A DNA stretch of 64,000 bases from an uncultured Solirubrobacterales bacterium (lineage in GTDB: Bacteria > Actinomycetota > Thermoleophilia > Solirubrobacterales > Solirubrobacteraceae). Below are positions 10,778 to 20,378 of the stretch, in pieces. The stretch lies in the NCBI GenBank assembly GCA_963744195.1, contig CAVUSY010000009.1, positions 225,720 through 289,719 on the forward strand, in the 5' to 3' direction. Under the pieces are notes generated by a model. It did not search any database and had not been told where the DNA came from. It saw only the letters and a list, made by a program, of their open reading frames with translations. Made by a program: the position numbers and the translations under genes. Positions within the stretch are counted from its first letter, which is position 1; the number at the start of each line of letters is the position of its first letter.

Positions 10778-11527
10778 ATGTCCGGTCACTCCAAGTGGGC
10801 TTCGATCAAGCACAAGAAGGCGATCGTCGACCAGCGCCGCGGCCAGCACTTCACCAAGCTCGCCCGCGCGGTCACCGTCGCGGCACGTGAGGGCGGGGGC
10901 GATCCAGACGGCAATCCGTCGCTGGCGCTGGCGATCCAGAAGGCCCGCGACGCCTCGATGCCGAAGGACAACATCGAGCGCGCGATCGCCAAGGGGACCG
11001 GCGACGGGGTGGACGCCGATCAGGTCGAGACGGTGCTCTACGAGGGTTACGGGCCCGGCGGCGTCGCACTGCTGATCGAGGCCGTGACCGACAACCGCAA
11101 CCGGACCGGCGCCGATGTCCGCCACGCACTCTCAAAGCACGGCGGCAATCTCGGCGAGCCGGGCTCGGTCTCCTACCTGTTCGACAAGCGCGGCGAGATC
11201 GTGGTCGATGCCTCCCGTTACAACGAGGACGACCTGATCGTCGCGATCGACGCCGGCGCGGAGGACATCTCGCGCGACGACGACGTCTACGAGATCGTCA
11301 CCGAGCCGGGGGACCTCAGCGCGGTCCGGCAGGCGCTCGAGCAGGCCGGCGTCGAGATCGAGGCCTCCGATCTCACGCAGCGGCCCAAGTCCCGTGTCCC
11401 GATGAAGGAATCGGACGCCGCGAGGCTGATGAAGCTGATCGACATGCTCGAGGAGTCCGACGATGTCAGCGCCGTGCACGCCAACTTCGATGTCGACGCC
11501 GACGTCCTCGAGCGGATCGCCGGCTGA
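10778..11527 (+). CDS. yebC: YebC/PmpR family regulator
   Basis: MSGHSKWASIKHKK, YEGYGPGG, TDNRNRT; TAAACT -10 box 7 nt upstream of ATG. Confidence 0.96.
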   Translation: MSGHSKWASIKHKKAIVDQRRGQHFTKLARAVTVAAREGGGDPDGNPSLALAIQKARDASMPKDNIERAIAKGTGDGVDADQVETVLYEGYGPGGVALLIEAVTDNRNRTGADVRHALSKHGGNLGEPGSVSYLFDKRGEIVVDASRYNEDDLIVAIDAGAEDISRDDDVYEIVTEPGDLSAVRQALEQAGVEIEASDLTQRPKSRVPMKESDAARLMKLIDMLEESDDVSAVHANFDVDADVLERIAG

Positions 11528-11563
11528 CCGCTTCGCCGGCTGACCGCATCGCCGGCTGAGCGC
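11516..11563 (+). repeat. Three tandem 16-bp copies of the yebC 3' end
   Basis: atcgccggctgaccgc / ttcgccggctgaccgc / atcgccggctgagcgc. Confidence 0.9.
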
Positions 11564-11586
11564 TCTCGCTACCCTCGGGCACCTCT

Positions 11587-12167
11587 ATGCGTAAACCAAT
11601 CACACTCCCGTGCGCCCTGATCGCACTCTCCCTCGCCGTGGCCGGTTGCGGCAGCTCCGCCGCCCCCGGCGTGCAGTTGGCCCCGTCAGCCGGGGCTACC
11701 GCCGCCGCCGTCGACCACGGCCAGCTCCACGTCGAGCTCGGCCTCGACCTCAACCTCGGCCACCAGCACCAGCACCACCCCGCTGCCCGCCGCGCTGAAG
11801 ACCAAGCCCAAGGTGGTCCCGCCCTCGGGTCCGCCGCCGAAGACACTCGTGATCAAGGATCTGATCAAGGGCACCGGCCCAGCGGCGACGCCCAGCCTCC
11901 ACCGTGACCGTCCAGTACGTGGGCGTGCTCTACAAGGGCGGCAAGCAGTTTGACGCCTCCTGGAACGACGGCAGCGGTCAGCCCACGGCGCTGCCGCTCT
12001 CCGGCGTCATCAAGGGCTGGCAGCAGGGGATTCCCGGTATGAAGGTCGGGGGCCGCCGCGAGCTGATCATTCCGTCCAGCCTGGGCTACGGCGCGGCCGG
12101 CAGCCCGCCCAAGATCCCCGGTAATGCCGCGCTGGTGTTCATAATCGATCTGCACGGAGTTCAGTAG
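11587..12167 (+). CDS. FKBP-type peptidyl-prolyl isomerase lipoprotein, frameshifts near 11710 and 11897
   Basis: Lipobox VAGC; middle frame gives KPKVVPPSGPPPKTLVIKDLIKGTG; last frame gives VQYVG, FDASW, VIKGW, GMKVGGRRELIIP, LVFIIDL. Confidence 0.88.
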
Positions 12168-12194
12168 CCAGTCCGCTCGGCTCGGCCCGTGTGA

Positions 12195-12214
12195 CCGGGC
12201 CGGGTCCGGCCCGG
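12195..12214. terminator. GC hairpin between convergent FKBP and cyclase genes
   Basis: CCGGGCCGG-GT-CCGGCCCGG perfect inverted repeat; no U-tract. Confidence 0.4.
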
Positions 12215-12220
12215 CGGCGG

Positions 12221-13309
12221 TCAGCCGGGCGCCCGGGCCCGGAACAGCGGGATCGGCCCCGACACCCCTTTTAGCTTGTATCGCCCCGCCGCCGACCAGG
12301 TGAAGGCGTCCTTGGCGGCGTCACGCACCTCCCGGGTGCAGAGGACCGTCCCCGGCCGGGCCACGCCGGTGACCCGGCTGGCCAGGTTGACCGAGTGGCC
12401 GAAGTAATCGCCCGCTCGAGCCACGGCGGGGCCGAGGGCGATGCCGGCGCGCACACTCGGCAGCTCGGCGGCCTGGGCCTCGTCCACGAGCCTCAGGGCG
12501 ACCGCCACCAGCGGCTGCGCGTCGGTGCTGACGAACATCGCGGCGTCTCCGATGGTCTTGATCAGCCGGACCGGCGGCTCGGTGACGCTCGCGGCGAGGT
12601 CGGCCAGCCGGCCGGCCACGGTCCCGAGCTCGGACAGCTCGACCTGCCCGCCCAGGCGCGTGAAGCCAACCAGGTCCGCGAAGCACACCACCAGCTCGCG
12701 GGCACCGGCGGTGTCCCCCGCCTCCAGCTCATCGCGTCCCAACATACCTCGGCTGACGCTGTCGCGCAGGTGTTGCTTGAACGCTGCCACCAGTACCGGA
12801 GTGAGCGACGGGGTCAGCTCCTTGGCCAGCAGTTCGAAGCGCTCGGCGACGTCCAGCTCGGTATCGCCGGCGTGCAGGAAGGTATGCACGAAGGCATCGT
12901 TGATGGTGGCGGCGACCCGCGCCATCCCCTCGCCGAGCACGCGCGCGATCTCCAGGATCGGCTGCTCGTCAAAGCCGGCGTCCAGGAACTGCTTCATGGC
13001 GCGGGCCGCCTCCACGTCCTCCTCGTCGAAGGCCGGCTCCTCGCGACCCACCTCCGGTAGGCCGTGCAGACGGCGAACCCGCATCACGAGGTCGGCGGGG
13101 AAACCGGTCTTGGCCTCCACATCGGCGGCCGTGTACTCACCGCGCAGGAGTCGATCGACCGGCAGCAGCGCCAGACGGTGCTCCTTGACGGCCGCCTTGA
13201 GCTCGGGGAGTTCGAAGCCGTCGTCAGCGAGACGGCCCAGCAGCGCCTCGCGTGCCGCGCGCTCCTTGCCCTCGAGGCCATCGAGCAGTCCCTCGGCAGC
13301 GAAGTCCAT
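12221..13309 (-). CDS. Class III adenylate/guanylate cyclase with N-terminal regulatory domain
   Basis: FADLVGFT, IKTIGDAAMF, GDYFGHSVNLASR, LKGV. Confidence 0.92.
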   Translation of the reverse strand: MDFAAEGLLDGLEGKERAAREALLGRLADDGFELPELKAAVKEHRLALLPVDRLLRGEYTAADVEAKTGFPADLVMRVRRLHGLPEVGREEPAFDEEDVEAARAMKQFLDAGFDEQPILEIARVLGEGMARVAATINDAFVHTFLHAGDTELDVAERFELLAKELTPSLTPVLVAAFKQHLRDSVSRGMLGRDELEAGDTAGARELVVCFADLVGFTRLGGQVELSELGTVAGRLADLAASVTEPPVRLIKTIGDAAMFVSTDAQPLVAVALRLVDEAQAAELPSVRAGIALGPAVARAGDYFGHSVNLASRVTGVARPGTVLCTREVRDAAKDAFTWSAAGRYKLKGVSGPIPLFRARAPG

Positions 13310-13413
13310 CCGGAGATCCTCTCTGAAAGTCGCTCGGTTCGCTAGCATCTTGCACTTCTCGCGGGCGCTTTCAGTCGTGCGCGTCCGCCCAGCTGATCTC
13401 GAGTAACGCTGAC

Positions 13414-14100
13414 ATGCTCTCCATCCTGATGCCCGTCTACAACGAGCGCGAGCGCGTGGAGCGCGCGATCGAGGAAGTGCTCGAGACGGTGCTCCCGGCC
13501 GAGTTTGAGCTGATCATCGTCGACGACGGCTCCACCGATGGAACGCGCGAGATCCTGCGTGGCGCCAAGTGGGACGAGCGGGTGCGCCTGTTCGAGCACG
13601 AGCACAACCAGGGCAAGGGCGCCGCGATCCAGACCGCGCTGGCCCAGGCCCGCGGGGAGTACGCGGCGATCTTCGACGCCGACCTCGAGTACGACCCCTC
13701 AGATCTCGGCCTCCTGATGCCGCCGCTGCTCGATGGGCGCGCCAACGCCTGCTTCGGCGTGCGGGCGTTCGACGGTTACACCAGCCACTCGTTCCTGTTC
13801 GTCCTGGGCAACAAGGGCGTCACGCTGGCGTGCAACGTGCTCTACAACGTCTATCTGCACGACATCATGACCTGCCACAAGATGATCCGCACCGATCTGT
13901 TCCGAGCTCTGCCGCTGAGCGCACCGGGATTCGCGATCGAGCCCGAGATCACGGCCCGCCTGGTTCAGCGCGGCGAGCGGATCTTCGAGGTCCCGGTCCA
14001 CTATCGGGCCCGGGCCACCGAAGAGGGCAAGAAGCTCACGGCGCTGGACGGCGTGCGCGTGATCATGACGCTGTTGCGCTGCCGCTTCTCCCGCGGCTAG
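13414..14100 (+). CDS. GT2 glycosyltransferase, polyprenol-phosphate glycosyltransferase (DPM1)-like
   Basis: LMPVYNE, VDDGSTDGT, NQGKGAA, DADLEYDP, FAIEPEIT, YRAR..EGKKL. Confidence 0.9.
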   Translation: MLSILMPVYNERERVERAIEEVLETVLPAEFELIIVDDGSTDGTREILRGAKWDERVRLFEHEHNQGKGAAIQTALAQARGEYAAIFDADLEYDPSDLGLLMPPLLDGRANACFGVRAFDGYTSHSFLFVLGNKGVTLACNVLYNVYLHDIMTCHKMIRTDLFRALPLSAPGFAIEPEITARLVQRGERIFEVPVHYRARATEEGKKLTALDGVRVIMTLLRCRFSRG

Positions 14101-14121
14101 GGGTCAGCGCTTTGCCGGCGC

Positions 14122-16098
14122 TTAGGTGAGCGAACGGGCCGGCGCGAGCCGGCGGCGCTGTCGTACCAGGCGGTGGCTCTTGGCCTGCCCGGTGAGCGAG
14201 GGCGCGATCTGCACCGTCGACTGGTAGATCGACTGGATCACGCCGAACAGCGGCGTGTGGTTGCCGAACTGATCGATTTGGCCCTTCTGCACCCACGGCG
14301 GATTGCCGAACGGATTGCCGCCGGCCCATCCCGGGTGTGCCGCGAAAGTCTGCAACGCGAACCAGATCGCGCCTGAGATGTAGGGCTTGCTGGCGAACGC
14401 GTTGAGGTGGAACTGCGCTGCGTCGGCCTGGAATTGATAGGTCCCGCGCTCCTCCACCGGGCCGTTGCGATTGCCCTCAAAGCCGAACTCGCTGACCATC
14501 AGCGCTTTGTTCGGATAGCAGCCGTGAAGGCTGTCCAGGAACGGGCTGAGCGAGTCACGATCGTCGGTGCCGCCGCCGCCGGCGTCGAACCACCCGAAGT
14601 AGTCGTTGAAACCGATCACGTCCAGGGGCGCGTAGGCGGCCTGGCACGCCACCCCGGGCCAGTCGGAGATCGCCATCGCCACCGGCCGGGTCGGATCGAG
14701 CTGATGGGCGATCGCGGCGGCGCTGGCGATGTAGCTCGCCTGCGAGTCACCGGGCGGCGTCGGAAGCTCGTTGGCCACGCTCCACAGGAGCACCGAAGGA
14801 TGGTTCTCGTTCTCGAGGATATTGTCGCGCAGCATCGTGTGGGCCCGCGCCAGCCACGCCGGCTGACCCAGGAACTTGGCTTGGACCTGATACACGGGAA
14901 TCTCGGACCACAGCAGGATTCCGTCCCGGTCGGCCAGCTGCGCGATCTGCGGACTCAGCGGATAGTGGGCGCGGATGATCGTGGCTCCCAGCTCGCGGGT
15001 CCAGCCGACCAGCGCAGCCAGCTGCGAGGGGTCCAGCGCCGACCCGGTCAGGATGTTCTGCTCATGCACGTTGACGCCCCGGAGGTTGAGCCGGCGCCCG
15101 TTGAGCTGCAGCTCGCCGGTCGAGGTCACGGTGATGCTGCGGATGCCGCTGTTGGTGAAGTAGCCCTGCAGCCTGCGTCCGTTCCCGTCTGAGAGCTTCA
15201 GCGTCGCCTTGTAAAGGTGGGGGTCGTCGATGGCCCACAGGTGGGGTGATCTGATCCGGACGCTGGCCTGGGCGAGCCAGCTCTGGCCGGGTGCGATCGT
15301 CCGGCCGCCGAAGTTGAGCCGGCGTCCCCCGTAGCTGCCCTGGAGCACCACGCTCTGCGCCGCCGAGGTGGGGTTGGTGACCGAAACCTCCTCGTTGACA
15401 GTCGCGGTGCAGGTGGGGCAGGGCAGGCTCGGCCGGACGACGACCTGACTCAGGTCCGCGCGCTGCACCGGACGCAGGTACACCTCACGCTGGATGCCGC
15501 CGAAATTCCACCACCCTCCGCTGGGACCGGGCGGGAGATCACCGGGCCCGCGTCGATCGTCGACCCGCACGATCAGCCGGTTGACCCCGCTGCGCACGCC
15601 CGTGAGGTGGAACTCGAACGGCAGGTAGGCGCCGGAGTGCGTGCCGATCCGGCGACCGTTCAGCCACACCGTGGCGTTGTAGTTGACCGATTCAAAGCGA
15701 ATCATCCAGCTGCGGAAGCGGGCCGGCACGGAGCGGGCGAACGCTCCGCCCGGGACGGTGAAGTCGCGCCGGTACCAGCCGACCGAGCCTGACATGCTGG
15801 CATTGCTGAGGTCGCCGGCGTTGAACGAGTTGGGAACGGTGACGGTCGACCAGCCTGACGGGCTGGCGATGTTCCGCCACCAGCCGGCCTGGACGCCGAT
15901 GTCAGCGGGGTCGGCCTGGTAGAGCCAGGTTCCGCCGAGCAGATAGCGGTTGTCCTGACCGTCGGGGTAGAGCGCTCCCTTGGTGGGCGCCGAGGCGTAC
16001 GGGTCGCTGCCCTGGGCCGCCGCCGGCGCGCTCGCCCACAGCGCCACGGCCAGGCAGGCGGCGAGGGTCAGGAGCGAAACCCGGATCGATCGGCGCAT
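14122..16098 (-). CDS. Secreted glycoside hydrolase family 2
   Basis: Signal peptide; GWYRRDF, FESVNY, GGIQR, GVNVHE, RAHYP, NHPSVLLWSVANE (acid/base Glu), SEFG (nucleophile Glu). Confidence 0.9.
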   Translation of the reverse strand: MRRSIRVSLLTLAACLAVALWASAPAAAQGSDPYASAPTKGALYPDGQDNRYLLGGTWLYQADPADIGVQAGWWRNIASPSGWSTVTVPNSFNAGDLSNASMSGSVGWYRRDFTVPGGAFARSVPARFRSWMIRFESVNYNATVWLNGRRIGTHSGAYLPFEFHLTGVRSGVNRLIVRVDDRRGPGDLPPGPSGGWWNFGGIQREVYLRPVQRADLSQVVVRPSLPCPTCTATVNEEVSVTNPTSAAQSVVLQGSYGGRRLNFGGRTIAPGQSWLAQASVRIRSPHLWAIDDPHLYKATLKLSDGNGRRLQGYFTNSGIRSITVTSTGELQLNGRRLNLRGVNVHEQNILTGSALDPSQLAALVGWTRELGATIIRAHYPLSPQIAQLADRDGILLWSEIPVYQVQAKFLGQPAWLARAHTMLRDNILENENHPSVLLWSVANELPTPPGDSQASYIASAAAIAHQLDPTRPVAMAISDWPGVACQAAYAPLDVIGFNDYFGWFDAGGGGTDDRDSLSPFLDSLHGCYPNKALMVSEFGFEGNRNGPVEERGTYQFQADAAQFHLNAFASKPYISGAIWFALQTFAAHPGWAGGNPFGNPPWVQKGQIDQFGNHTPLFGVIQSIYQSTVQIAPSLTGQAKSHRLVRQRRRLAPARSLT

Positions 16099-16167
16099 TG
16101 CCGGGCCGTCGGCCGCGAGCACGAGCCGCGTCGCGTCGCGCGGGGCCGACGCTACAATCGCCCGCCG

Positions 16168-17709
16168 ATGCCTGCCGTCGATCGCCAGCAGGCGCGGCCA
16201 CCAGCGACCGGCTCAGACGGCGCTGGGTCTGATTCGCCAAGCGCATCATTGGCTCGCTCCTTTCGTAATGCGCCGCGCTCGCCCGCCGTGATCGCGGTCG
16301 TCGCCTGCGTGCTGCTCGCGCTGCTCTCGGCCGCGGTGCTGCCGACCGTCCCCAGCTACGACCCGTGGTCCTGGATCGTGTGGGGCCGTGAGGTGAGTGA
16401 TCCGCATCTCAGCTTCGTGATCAGCGGGGGGCCGTCCTGGAAGCCGCTTCCGTTCGTGTTCACGACGATCTGGGGTCTGTTCGGCGGCGCCGCGCCGACG
16501 CTGTGGGTGGTCACCGCCCGGGCCGGGGGACTGCTCGGCCTCGTCGCCGCCTGGCGTCTGGCCAACCGGCTGGTGGGAGGTGGGCGCCCCGGGGCGTTTG
16601 CCGGCCTGCTGGCGCTGATCGGCGTGGCGCTGACCCAGGACTGGCTCTACTACTGGCTGCGCGGGACCTCGGAGGTGGTCCTGATCGGCGCATCGCTGTG
16701 GGCCGTGGACCGGCTGCTCGATGGCCACAAGGCCCAGGCCTTCCTGCTCGCCGTGGCAGCCGGGCTGATCCGGCCCGAGTGGTGGCCGTTCATCGGGCTC
16801 TACGCGTTGTGGCTGTGGTTCCGCGAGCCCGAATTTCGGAGCTGGAGGATGCGTGGGCTGATCCTGGCGGGGCTGGTGTCGCTGCCGTTCCTGTGGTTCG
16901 TTCCTCCATGGGTGGGATCCGGGGACCCCTTCCTCGCCGCCAACCACGCCGCCCTGTACAACGGCCATCTGGGTTCCGATCCGTTCCGGGCGGTGGTCGG
17001 CCGCGGAATCGACCTGCAGGTGCTGCCGGCGCTGATCGCCGCGGTGATCGCGGTGGCGATCGGCTGGTGGCGCGAGCGCGACCGGCTGCTGCTGGCGATG
17101 GGGGCCGGGATCGCCGGCTGGTGGGTGGTGGTCGTGGCGATGACGCTGGACGGCTATCCCGGCCTGGAGCGCTTCTTCCTTCCCGCCGCGGCCCTGACCT
17201 GCGTGCTGGGAGGTGTCGGCATCACTCGCCTGGCATTGCTGGCCGGCGAGGCGCTGGGGCGCCGGGGCTCGGGAGTCGCCGCCACCGTGGGGGTCGCGGC
17301 GATTCTGGTCGCGGTCTCGATTCCGTTCACCACCAAGCGAGTCACCGAAGCCCGGGCGGCCGGGCCGGCCGCGTCGAGGGCGGTGTCGCTGCTGGACGAG
17401 CTCAGCGGCGCGGTCGCCGCCGTGGGTGGTCACGCCGGCGTGTTCCCGTGTCACTCGAGCTTCGCCGCGGTCAACCACTCCGTCCAGACGGCGCTGGCCT
17501 GGAAGCTGCACGTGACGCTCGGACGCGTGGGGACCGTGATGTCCAAGCCGGGAGTTGACTTCATCGGCCCCCACAACGCCACCGACGGTGCCCGCGCCCG
17601 GGTGGATCCACGACTGACCAAGGTGCAGACGCTGGCGCGCGTTGGCCGCTGGCGGGTGGTGCGGCTGACCGATCCGCGGCTGCCCGGCACCGGTTGCGTG
17701 GGACGCTGA
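16168..17709 (+). CDS. Polytopic membrane protein, possible GT-C-fold glycosyltransferase
   Basis: About 10 hydrophobic segments; first loop PSYDPWSW; SE and RPEWWP motifs; TACAAT box 9 nt upstream of ATG. Function is inferred. Confidence 0.6.
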   Translation: MPAVDRQQARPPATGSDGAGSDSPSASLARSFRNAPRSPAVIAVVACVLLALLSAAVLPTVPSYDPWSWIVWGREVSDPHLSFVISGGPSWKPLPFVFTTIWGLFGGAAPTLWVVTARAGGLLGLVAAWRLANRLVGGGRPGAFAGLLALIGVALTQDWLYYWLRGTSEVVLIGASLWAVDRLLDGHKAQAFLLAVAAGLIRPEWWPFIGLYALWLWFREPEFRSWRMRGLILAGLVSLPFLWFVPPWVGSGDPFLAANHAALYNGHLGSDPFRAVVGRGIDLQVLPALIAAVIAVAIGWWRERDRLLLAMGAGIAGWWVVVVAMTLDGYPGLERFFLPAAALTCVLGGVGITRLALLAGEALGRRGSGVAATVGVAAILVAVSIPFTTKRVTEARAAGPAASRAVSLLDELSGAVAAVGGHAGVFPCHSSFAAVNHSVQTALAWKLHVTLGRVGTVMSKPGVDFIGPHNATDGARARVDPRLTKVQTLARVGRWRVVRLTDPRLPGTGCVGR

Positions 17710-17768
17710 GCGACGCATCGCTTCACCGTGGGGGCGACGGGTCGGTCTGCGGTAGGGCATGCCGGCGG

Positions 17769-19667
17769 TCATGATCCGATCCGCAGCTTGCGCTTGACGA
17801 TGGTCCGGTTGCCGGCGCGGTCCTTGACGAACACCATCACCGTGTACTGGCGGCTGCGCTTGTAGACGTGGGTGGTCCTGAAGTGGCCGACGTGGAGGAA
17901 GGGCTTGGACCCGTCGCCCCACTTGACCTGGACCGACTTCACGCCCGAGGCCTGCGCGCGCCGCAGGGGCGGCGGCGAGTCGGTGTACTTGAGGCGCAAC
18001 CGCACGGTCGTCCCGACCCGGCGAGAGCCGGTCACCGTGAACGAGACCTTGGGGTGCGTCGTATCCACGAACACTGTCGCGCTGGGTGCTCCGGTGCGCA
18101 GACCGGCCTGATTGACCGCGCTCACCTGGTAGCTGTGGCGGCCGTTGCTCAGCGGCGTGGGAACGCGGATCGAGGTGGTGCTGGTGCCCGCGATCTGGAC
18201 CCCGTCCAACGTCACCAGGTAGTTCGCCCCGCCCCACAGCTCGGACGACGGGGACCAGGCCAGCACCGGGTTGGCGCTGGTGGCGTAGGTGAACGAGCGG
18301 GAGGGCGCGAAGCCGCCCGGCGGCTGGAACAGCTGGGCCACCACGATCTGCGTGCCGGCGCCGCTCCCCTGCACCCACGCCACCGCGGCATCGCCGGCGA
18401 GGTCGCCACCGGCCGCCAGCCCGCTGTCGGCGTTGGTGGGGCCCAGGAGCGGCGAGGAGATCACCTGCTCGGGGTCGAGATCGGATCCGTCGGGCGCGTA
18501 GCGCAGGCGGATCTCGGGCAGACCGGCGCTGCCTGGGCTCTGCTGCCACGCGATCATGGTCGAGGTCAGCCCCGCGGTGGCCGGCACGGCGTCCGGCGCG
18601 GCCGACATCACCTGGCTATTGACACGCTCGGTGATGGTCGGGGTCTCGTTGGTGGCCAGCGGCAGGGCGTAGATGTCGTGCGACGACGCCAGCGCGGAGG
18701 TGGCGAACCCCCGCCCGTACTCGGTCACCGCCACCCGCGGCTGGTCGGCTCCCTCGGGCCCGGGCGTGAAGGCGCCATCCGCCTGGGCGGCCCCGTCGTA
18801 CTGCGAGGAGTGCAGGCGGTTGACGAGCACGCGTGACTGGGGCGCCGCGGCGCTGCCGAAGGTTTCACGGAAGGCCACCGCCGCGTAGGACGAGTCGCCA
18901 CCGGCCGAAACCGCGGGCAGATCGGCCGAGACCTCACCCAACGAACCGATCGAGGGCACATCGGCCTGTTCGGAGACGATGCTCGGCGCGATGCCCCAGA
19001 CCCGGCGGGAGTAGATGTGCCCGGACTCGCCCCAGACCACGATCCCGACGCCGTCTCCGGCGGCCGCCACGGCCGGGCGACCGGTGCCGGTCCCGGCCCT
19101 GTCGCCGGGCGCGACGTCCAACGGCGTGGGCTCGAGTCCCCATTGGCCCTGGTAGTAGTAGGCGGCACGAACGTCGCCTCCGGCCGCGACGGAGGTGAAG
19201 GCCAGGTAGGCCTTGCCGAGCGTGCTGATCGACAGCGCCGGGTTGATGGCACCGTCGAACAGGTCGGTTGGGGGGCCCAGCGGCGTCAGGGCGTTGGGCG
19301 CCTGGACCGTGTAGAGCTGCCCGGCGTTGATGAAGGCGACCAGCAGCAGCCCGCCGTTGGTGCCTGCTATCACCGGCTGCGAGGAGGGACCGGGCAAGCC
19401 GGCGTCGACCTGCTGCGGTACGCCGAACTGACCCAGGGAGAGCCGGGAGACGAACACGTGGGCGACTCCGGCCACGCTCTTGAGGTACACCAGCCCACCG
19501 CTGCCGTCGCGGGCCACGGCGAGTCCGGACAAGCCGATGATGGCCGGGTCGGGGCCATCGATGACGGTGTTGGAAGGGCCCAGGGTGGGGCTGTGGGCGG
19601 CGGCCGCCATCGCGGCGGCGGGCAGCATCGCCAGGGTCGCCAGCGCGGCCACCAGCATTCCCGCCAT
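17769..19667 (-). CDS. Secreted protein with repeated beta-propeller-like motifs and C-terminal FN3/PKD-like domains
   Basis: Signal peptide; repeats P.VA..GDG..IVVW / AAVAW; C-terminal WGDGS...HVY...YTV..V.DRAGN PKD pattern. The ORF-track extension over ruvC is discarded. Confidence 0.7.
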   Translation of the reverse strand: MAGMLVAALATLAMLPAAAMAAAAHSPTLGPSNTVIDGPDPAIIGLSGLAVARDGSGGLVYLKSVAGVAHVFVSRLSLGQFGVPQQVDAGLPGPSSQPVIAGTNGGLLLVAFINAGQLYTVQAPNALTPLGPPTDLFDGAINPALSISTLGKAYLAFTSVAAGGDVRAAYYYQGQWGLEPTPLDVAPGDRAGTGTGRPAVAAAGDGVGIVVWGESGHIYSRRVWGIAPSIVSEQADVPSIGSLGEVSADLPAVSAGGDSSYAAVAFRETFGSAAAPQSRVLVNRLHSSQYDGAAQADGAFTPGPEGADQPRVAVTEYGRGFATSALASSHDIYALPLATNETPTITERVNSQVMSAAPDAVPATAGLTSTMIAWQQSPGSAGLPEIRLRYAPDGSDLDPEQVISSPLLGPTNADSGLAAGGDLAGDAAVAWVQGSGAGTQIVVAQLFQPPGGFAPSRSFTYATSANPVLAWSPSSELWGGANYLVTLDGVQIAGTSTTSIRVPTPLSNGRHSYQVSAVNQAGLRTGAPSATVFVDTTHPKVSFTVTGSRRVGTTVRLRLKYTDSPPPLRRAQASGVKSVQVKWGDGSKPFLHVGHFRTTHVYKRSRQYTVMVFVKDRAGNRTIVKRKLRIGS

Positions 19668-19862
19668 GGCACGCCGCGGCCGCAGGGGCGTTCGCTCCCT
19701 GCCACCGGTCCCCGCCCCCAGAGATGAAGAGATCGTCGGTCTGACAGGAGCTAGAACAGCAGAAGCCGCTCTAGGTTGCGCTGATTGGGGGCAATGAAAT
19801 GAATCTGGCAGCGGTGACGAGAGCCGGCAGGCGTCCGGACGGCGGCGCAGAATGTCAGCTGG

Positions 19863-20378
19863 ATGCTCGTACTCGGAATCGATCCGGGGACCGCGAGCAC
19901 GGGCTACGGACTCGTCCGCGGCACCGGCACGCGCCTGCACGCCCTCGGAGAGGGTGTCATCGCCACGCGCCCCGGCGTCCCGCTGGAGCGGCGCCTGGCC
20001 GAGATCCACGGCCGCGTCGGCGAGCTGCTCGACGAGCATGCCCCCGACGCGATCGCGATCGAGGAGCTGTACTTCGGCGCCAATGTCCGCACAGCGTTCG
20101 CGGTCGGGCAGGCCCGCGGGGTGGTGCTCCTGGCCGCCGGCCAGCGCGGAGTTCCGTCGTTGTCCTACACGCCGCAGCAGGTCAAGGCTGCGGTGTGCGG
20201 CAACGGCCGGGCCGAGAAGGAACAGGTGGCGCGGATGGTGGCCCGGCTGCTCGGGCTGGCCGCCCCGCCGACCCCTGACCACGCCGCCGACGCGCTCGCG
20301 GTGGCGATCTGCCATCTCAACCGGGCGCCGCTCGCCGAGGCGGTCGCCGCCTCGGCCTCCCGGGGTGCGAGGCGATGA
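19863..20378 (+). CDS. ruvC: Holliday junction resolvase RuvC
   Basis: LGIDPG, IEELYF, YTPQQVK, DHAADALA. Confidence 0.97.
   Translation: MLVLGIDPGTASTGYGLVRGTGTRLHALGEGVIATRPGVPLERRLAEIHGRVGELLDEHAPDAIAIEELYFGANVRTAFAVGQARGVVLLAAGQRGVPSLSYTPQQVKAAVCGNGRAEKEQVARMVARLLGLAAPPTPDHAADALAVAICHLNRAPLAEAVAASASRGARR

Noticed and set aside
11516-11563. Possible CRISPR mini-array
   Set aside because: The 16-bp units are directly adjacent with no spacers, and no cas genes are present.
16246-18549. Long antisense or alternate-frame ORFs (also 28695..30074, 42762..44573, 56179..58110 and many others)
   Set aside because: Shadow frames of high-GC genes: rich in Arg/Gly/Ala/Pro, without motifs, and overlapping well-supported CDSs.
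19668-20315. 5' extensions in the ORF track (PKD protein over ruvC; also carB from 54778, ribokinase from 30694, DUF1345 from 3880)
   Set aside because: They overlap recognised genes; downstream starts fit signal peptides, motifs or stop-start overlaps better.
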